30,780 bases of DNA from the UHGV virus genome UHGV-1368348; one strand, given 5' to 3'. A program made the translations under genes and the position numbers. A model generated the notes under the pieces. It was not told the DNA's origin. It saw nothing but the letters and a program-made list of their open reading frames with translations, and did no database searches. This document shows, piece by piece, positions 26,104-30,780 of the stretch. The stretch's first letter is position 1, and the number at the start of each line of letters is the position of its first letter. The stretch is from a virus.

Positions 26104-27906
26104 ATGGATCGTCATTTAACGGAAATTGTATTATTTAAAAATACTCCTCTTAATGATTTTCAAAATACTATTCATTTTAAATCAGATGAGGATAGAGACA
26201 ATTATTTTCTTAAAGAAAACCATTTTAAAAAAATAAATTTTGATACGGGTTTTAATTTCGTGAGAGATCGTCTGCAAATTAAAGCACCGATTGAATATGC
26301 AAAATGTGATGGTGTCAACTATTGTACTTTTATATCTTCACGTGATAATAAACGGTACTATGCTTTCGTGATGTCTTATCAATACATTAATGAAAAAGTT
26401 ACTAGATTGAATTTAATAATTGATGTGGTTATGACGTTTACGCAAGGTAAAACATTGAATACATTGAAAAATATCCATGTTATTAGAGAGCATTTAAATC
26501 GATCAGACTATATAAAATATTTACCATTATTGAGAACTAATGGAGATATATTAAATACAACAACAAAAGCATATGTTCAAACTAAATTAAAGTCGTTTAA
26601 ATCCTACTTTGTTGTTTTTCAGAGTTCAGTTGATTTATCAAAAGAATTCGGAACTGTAGATGCGCCCAAAATGGAAACATCACAAGGAAATCAATATGAC
26701 AATATGACTAGCCCAGTAAATCTTTATGCGATTCATTATGAATACTTTAATGGATTAATGAAAATTTTAGCTCCGTATCCGTGGATTACGCAGAACATTC
26801 AATTACTCATGATGATACCTGACGATTTTATAAACTTAGAAGATTTGGTAACTGTTAAAGCAAAAGAATTTAATTATGAAAACCTGAAAACGTTCAAGAA
26901 AGGTGGGAAATCCCTTAACAAAGAACTTGATGGAATTAACTATTCTATTAATGAATTATGTAATATATATGGAATTGACCATAATGAGGAAAAACATTTG
27001 TTAAGAACAGGATACACAACAGCAGAAATTTATAGTTGGGATGGTCAAAGGATTTTATTAGATAACGCATTTTTAGATGAAAACACTGGCATTAAATTCA
27101 GAGCGAAAACATCTATTGGTTATGAGAATAAGATTGCACTTTACCCAATTAATTATAAAACAACGGAAAAAGAAAAAGCTGTTAAAAATTCAAAAGGTGA
27201 AATTCTGATTGATAAAGGTTCATTTTTGAATGATGCAATAATTTACGACAATTTCACAGAATTACCTATTTTAATCGATAATTATCGACTATCAAAAGCA
27301 AGTAATGCATACAGTAGACAATTAGCAGAGGACAGATTGCCATCCAACCGAATAAATTCAACTGTTAAAGATATTACTTCTGGGAATCTTTTAGGTAATA
27401 TGCAATCGGGTAATTTACAAGGGACACAAGGAAGTTTCTATAATGCTGTAAATCTATTAAGCGATTTAAAACCACAATCAGTTTTATCAAAATTCGAAAA
27501 TGAATACGAATTTTATAGAAATCAACGAGCAGAGTTCGCAGATATGGCATTAAAAGCACCGACAATAACAAATCAAAGTCCTGGTACTGCTTTTCAAATG
27601 GCTAATGAAATAAATGGTCTTACTATAAAACTTTCTGCACCTTCAGAACAAGAATTTGCTAAAGTAAAAAAATATTACAAGATGTTTGGATATGAAATTG
27701 AAGAAGATGGAAAACAAATAAGTGATATTGAAAGTATGACTATTTGTAATTTTTTACAAATTAGAGGTAATTACAAGATATACGGAGTTGATGTAGCTTT
27801 GATGGAGCAACTAAAAGCACAATTGGAAAATGGTGTGCGTTTTTGGCATAACAATAATACTAGCAATCCTATGGAACAAGATATCCAAAAAAACAAAATG
27901 AGGTGA
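26104..27906 (+). CDS. Tail knob (distal tube) protein, phi29 gp9-like, 600 aa
   Basis: NKRYYAFVMSYQYINEKVTRLNLIIDVVMTFTQG (phi29 gp9: [33 protein letters not shown]) and NIHVIREHL (phi29: ESFIVREHV), from memory. 600 aa against 599 aa for gp9. ATG 26104 follows AAGGAAGTGA and the stop of the previous gene; the track start at 26005 overlaps that gene and lacks an RBS. Confidence 0.85.
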   Translation: MDRHLTEIVLFKNTPLNDFQNTIHFKSDEDRDNYFLKENHFKKINFDTGFNFVRDRLQIKAPIEYAKCDGVNYCTFISSRDNKRYYAFVMSYQYINEKVTRLNLIIDVVMTFTQGKTLNTLKNIHVIREHLNRSDYIKYLPLLRTNGDILNTTTKAYVQTKLKSFKSYFVVFQSSVDLSKEFGTVDAPKMETSQGNQYDNMTSPVNLYAIHYEYFNGLMKILAPYPWITQNIQLLMMIPDDFINLEDLVTVKAKEFNYENLKTFKKGGKSLNKELDGINYSINELCNIYGIDHNEEKHLLRTGYTTAEIYSWDGQRILLDNAFLDENTGIKFRAKTSIGYENKIALYPINYKTTEKEKAVKNSKGEILIDKGSFLNDAIIYDNFTELPILIDNYRLSKASNAYSRQLAEDRLPSNRINSTVKDITSGNLLGNMQSGNLQGTQGSFYNAVNLLSDLKPQSVLSKFENEYEFYRNQRAEFADMALKAPTITNQSPGTAFQMANEINGLTIKLSAPSEQEFAKVKKYYKMFGYEIEEDGKQISDIESMTICNFLQIRGNYKIYGVDVALMEQLKAQLENGVRFWHNNNTSNPMEQDIQKNKMR

Positions 27907-27910
27907 AAAT

Positions 27911-29290
27911 ATGCCGCTATTAAATTATGATCAGCAATATGATTATCTAAACAAGCTAGTGCAAGCGTGTAAAAAGGCAGGCATACCTAAGGAAACAACA
28001 ATAGCTTTGGCAATTAATGCAGCTCATGAATCTTATTTAAACCCATGGACAATTGAAGGAGCTATTAATCCTGGCCCTCCTTTGGGTGCGAACGGTTGGG
28101 ATGATGGAGCTTCTGGAGGAGGTCTTTGGCAATGGACGCCATTTGCTGGCAAAATAACATTGGGCGATTTTGATGGACAAGTAGCTTTTATGATTTCTTA
28201 TAAGCAACAATGGGATATAACTGGATCGTGGTTTAGAGCGGCAGGACTACCAGACCCTACTCCTAAAATAGAGAATTTTGACCAATTTTTATATAACCAG
28301 CTTGGTTATGATTCTGTAGCTCTAACAAAAGCTTTTATAGGCTACTGGGAAAGGCCAGCGTATAACCCTGGTACTATTAGATATAACACAGCTCAGGAAG
28401 AAGTCGCAGAAATTGAACCTTTGGTTAATAAGTATTGGGGAAATACTGGGAATGAAAAACCTAGTGAAGGTTCTCCAGGTGGTGGAGGTTCTGGTAGCAA
28501 GAATCCTGAAAAGCCAGATAAAGAAGATATACCAAATGATAATGTAGGGTTATCTGATGCGATTAAAAGCATAGTAAACGAATTCCTAAAAAAATATGAT
28601 GATGCTATGAAGAAACAAGTCTATATGATGGATGGCGGTAAAAATACTTATTCAAATTCGAGTGTTAAAGTAATGAAAACATACAACAATTTGATGACTG
28701 TTAAAATGACGAATAATTTTATAGAATCTCTAAAAAAATTAATGGATGAAAGTAAACAACCATCTAACAAACCACCTTCTCCGCCACCAGAAACAAAACC
28801 AGATAATCCGCCAAACAATCCTCCCGATGAACCTCCTAAGAATATGGATGGTATTTATAATTGGGCATTAAATAATTTAGGCCAAACTTTTAACTATCCA
28901 GCGGCTCATCCAGGATCAGGTCCTCAATGTGTAGACTTAATTAAAGCTTTATCAGAATTTTATCTTCCAGGCAATCCATTAGCTCCTGCATTAAGTTATG
29001 GTAATGCGCAAGACATATATTCACATGATCTTCCTGCTGGTTGGGAACACGTGCAAGGAGATATAGGTAATGATGATAATGCAAAAAAAATATGGGATTC
29101 ATTACCAAATGGAGCGATAGTATTTTGGCTATATTCTGAATATGGACATGTGGGAATAAAAGCTGGTAATAATGGGCTAGATACAATTAACCAAAATTAT
29201 AACGGCACTCCATACGTTACTCGTGATGATATTTGGTATTGGCAACACGTTTTAGGCGCTGGATTTTTGGGTGCGTGGATTACTAAATAA
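27911..29290 (+). CDS. Tail-associated peptidoglycan hydrolase: N-terminal lysozyme/transglycosylase-like domain, Pro-rich linker, C-terminal CHAP domain, 459 aa
   Basis: C-terminus PQCVDLIKA ... EYGHVGI ... fits the Cys/His spacing of CHAP. The linker PPSPPPETKPDNPPNNPPDEPP is Pro-rich. Gly-rich GGGGSGS. Its position after the tail-knob gene matches phi29 gp13. Confidence 0.7.
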   Translation: MPLLNYDQQYDYLNKLVQACKKAGIPKETTIALAINAAHESYLNPWTIEGAINPGPPLGANGWDDGASGGGLWQWTPFAGKITLGDFDGQVAFMISYKQQWDITGSWFRAAGLPDPTPKIENFDQFLYNQLGYDSVALTKAFIGYWERPAYNPGTIRYNTAQEEVAEIEPLVNKYWGNTGNEKPSEGSPGGGGSGSKNPEKPDKEDIPNDNVGLSDAIKSIVNEFLKKYDDAMKKQVYMMDGGKNTYSNSSVKVMKTYNNLMTVKMTNNFIESLKKLMDESKQPSNKPPSPPPETKPDNPPNNPPDEPPKNMDGIYNWALNNLGQTFNYPAAHPGSGPQCVDLIKALSEFYLPGNPLAPALSYGNAQDIYSHDLPAGWEHVQGDIGNDDNAKKIWDSLPNGAIVFWLYSEYGHVGIKAGNNGLDTINQNYNGTPYVTRDDIWYWQHVLGAGFLGAWITK

Positions 29291-29325
29291 TATTATAACT
29301 AACATAAATATTAGTAGAAAATAAT

Positions 29326-29367
29326 AAAAAGAACCTTATTCTATTTTTATAGAAAGGTTCTTTTTTT
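29326..29367 (+). terminator. Rho-independent terminator ending the late operon
   Basis: Stem aaaaagaacc / ggttcttttt with a 20-nt loop and a T-run. Confidence 0.75.
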
Positions 29368-29396
29368 GAAAACAAGCTAAAAACTAGATAAACCAC

Positions 29397-29425
29397 TTGA
29401 CAATACGTGCTTATACGTATATAAT
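29397..29425 (+). promoter_or_regulatory. Consensus sigma-A promoter for hicAB: TTGACA-17-TATAAT
   Basis: ttgaca (29397-29402), 17-nt spacer, tataat (29420-29425). RBS AAGGAGG about 20 nt downstream. Confidence 0.7.
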
Positions 29426-29450
29426 AATAAATGTAAGGAGGTAGTCGCGA

Positions 29451-29639
29451 ATGCCACTTACCGGAAAGCAAATGCTAAAGCTCTTAAAAAATAATGGTTG
29501 GATTGAACGAAGACAAGAAGGCTCACATCATCACTTATACAAAGATGGCGTAAGAATTACAGTACCAGTTCATGGAAATCAAGATTTAGGAAAAGGGCTA
29601 GAGCGAAAAATCTTAAAAGATGCAGGGCTAAAAAAATAG
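29451..29639 (+). CDS. hicA: HicA-family toxin (mRNA interferase), 62 aa
   Basis: KQMLKLLKNNGWIERRQEGSHHHLYKDGVRITVPVHGNQDLGKGLERKILKDAGL matches the HicA/YcfA consensus (KLLEKNGW...GSHH...VPHP.KDL..G....I.KQAGL). Confidence 0.85.
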   Translation: MPLTGKQMLKLLKNNGWIERRQEGSHHHLYKDGVRITVPVHGNQDLGKGLERKILKDAGLKK

Positions 29640-29670
29640 CCCTCGTCTTTCAAGAGAAGGAGGGAACATC

Positions 29671-30132
29671 ATGTCATTACAAACATCTTTGAAAGTCGCT
29701 TATCCTGCTATTTTTCATCCAGAAGAGGGTGGAGGATACTTTATTGAATTTCCAGATGTTCAAGGAGCGTATACAGGTATAAATGAAAATGATATAGCCT
29801 ATGGTTTATTGATGGCTGAAGAAGTTTTAGGTATGGTGTTAGCTGATTATATTGAAAATAATGAGACGTTGCCTAAAGCGAGCGAATTAAATAGTATAAG
29901 TCATAAACCTGATGAATTTGTAACTATGGTTTTAGTTGATATAGAAGAATATTTTAAAGACATGAAACCAGTAAAAAAGACGCTAACGATCCCAAGTTGG
30001 GCCAATAACTGGGGAAATAGAGTAGGGATAAATTTTTCGCAACTGTTAACGGAATCGATTGCACAGATAGCAATAAATTACACACAAGAGACATTAAAGG
30101 AAACAAAAGAAAAATACGAAGTAAAAAATTAA
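29671..30132 (+). CDS. hicB: HicB-family antitoxin, 153 aa; last 12 codons lie inside the right ITR
   Basis: N-terminal YPAIFHPEEGGGYFIEFPDVQGAYTGINENDIAYGLLMAEEVLGMVL is the HicB RNase-H-like fold signature. The C-terminal KKTLTIPSWANNWGNRVGINFSQLLTESIAQIA is RHH/HTH-like. Immediately downstream of hicA. Confidence 0.75.
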   Translation: MSLQTSLKVAYPAIFHPEEGGGYFIEFPDVQGAYTGINENDIAYGLLMAEEVLGMVLADYIENNETLPKASELNSISHKPDEFVTMVLVDIEEYFKDMKPVKKTLTIPSWANNWGNRVGINFSQLLTESIAQIAINYTQETLKETKEKYEVKN

Positions 30133-30780
30133 GCGTTGTATGAAAAATCATACAACGTTTTTTTGTGAAGAGAAGAAGAAAGTAATCAAGGAAGTTACAT
30201 GGTAAATATTAAGAATATCATAAGAATACAAATATAACAAAAACGAACAATAAAGCTATTAATCATAGAAATAACAATAAATAGTTCGTGTTTTGTGAAG
30301 TAACGTTATTTAATTATTATAATAAAATAACAATAGAACGCGTGAATAAAAATATAGGAAGCTGTTTAAGAGATAGGAGCGGTTAGATATCACGTTTACA
30401 AAATTATAGGAAATTAAATTATCAGAAAATTCAGACATATAAAAATCTATTTAAATGAAAAAGCGGCAGAAGTATAAAAATTTAGAAAAGCTGTTATATC
30501 AAGGTTAAATCTATATAAAATAGTGATTAATCGAGAGCGAAGCGGTTCGATTGTAGCCGAGGGCTATGCCCGCGGCGTGACAGACCAAGCCTTCAGGCTT
30601 GATTGTTCGTTCCGCTTGCGGAAGGGACAAAGGGTTCCCGATAAGGAAAGATAAAGAATAGAGGAATAAAATAACGTGAGGGAACAGACAGCGACCAAGG
30701 CGCTTGCGCCGCAGTGTCGACACCACGGAGCCAATGGCGAACATTTCACCCGAAGGGGGAAATGGGCGGCATTTGACGCT
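30097..30780. repeat. Right inverted terminal repeat (684 bp)
   Basis: Reverse complement of 1-684. Contains the last 12 codons of the hicB-like gene and its terminator hairpin. Confidence 0.95.

Noticed and set aside
1-30780. Search for an integrase, excisionase, protelomerase, terminal protein, large terminase or tRNA genes
   Set aside because: No ORF has tyrosine/serine-recombinase, protelomerase or terminase motifs. No cloverleaf-like tRNA candidates were noticed. Their absence is reported as an observation, not as features.

Overview
The window appears to be a complete 30,780-bp linear replicon from a low-GC Firmicute (about 30-35% GC, AGGAGG-type ribosome-binding sites). It is bounded by perfect 684-bp inverted terminal repeats (1-684 is the reverse complement of 30097-30780). 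Gene content is a chimera of two kinds of element.

Plasmid backbone:
- A RepA_N-type theta-replication and partition cassette at the left end: a repC-like adaptor, parA, an iteron/centromere array and repA_N. This mirrors the organisation of Enterococcus pheromone-plasmid replicons.
- A consensus-promoter HicAB toxin-antitoxin module at the right end.
- No integrase, protelomerase, terminal protein or terminase is recognisable.

Podophage core:
- A phi29-like morphogenesis set: gp16-type encapsidation ATPase, gp8-like major capsid protein, gp10-like connector/portal, gp9-like tail knob, a tail-associated lysozyme+CHAP hydrolase, and collagen-motif fibre proteins.
- A holin plus GH25 endolysin lysis cassette.
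- A CI/Cro-like switch.
- A DnaD-like replisome organiser plus DnaC/IstB-like helicase loader.

The most striking single locus is 11351-12932. There a family-B (protein-primed-type) DNA polymerase appears to have decayed into two small ORFs. The second ORF retains the YxGA, Dx2SLYP-like and Kx3NSxYG-like motifs but carries KTDG in place of YxDTDS and lacks the thumb. This is consistent with a phi29-like phage whose protein-primed replication has been replaced by plasmid-type, host-dependent replication, i.e. a linear phage-plasmid.

Other open questions are the GC-rich, palindrome-dense extreme termini, a candidate ncRNA-bearing intergenic region, a poly-A frameshift site and a repeated operator motif. 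From memory I think linear podophage-plasmids of roughly this size have been reported in Enterococcus; I cannot verify that here. All homology statements below rest on remembered motifs and sequences, not on database searches.
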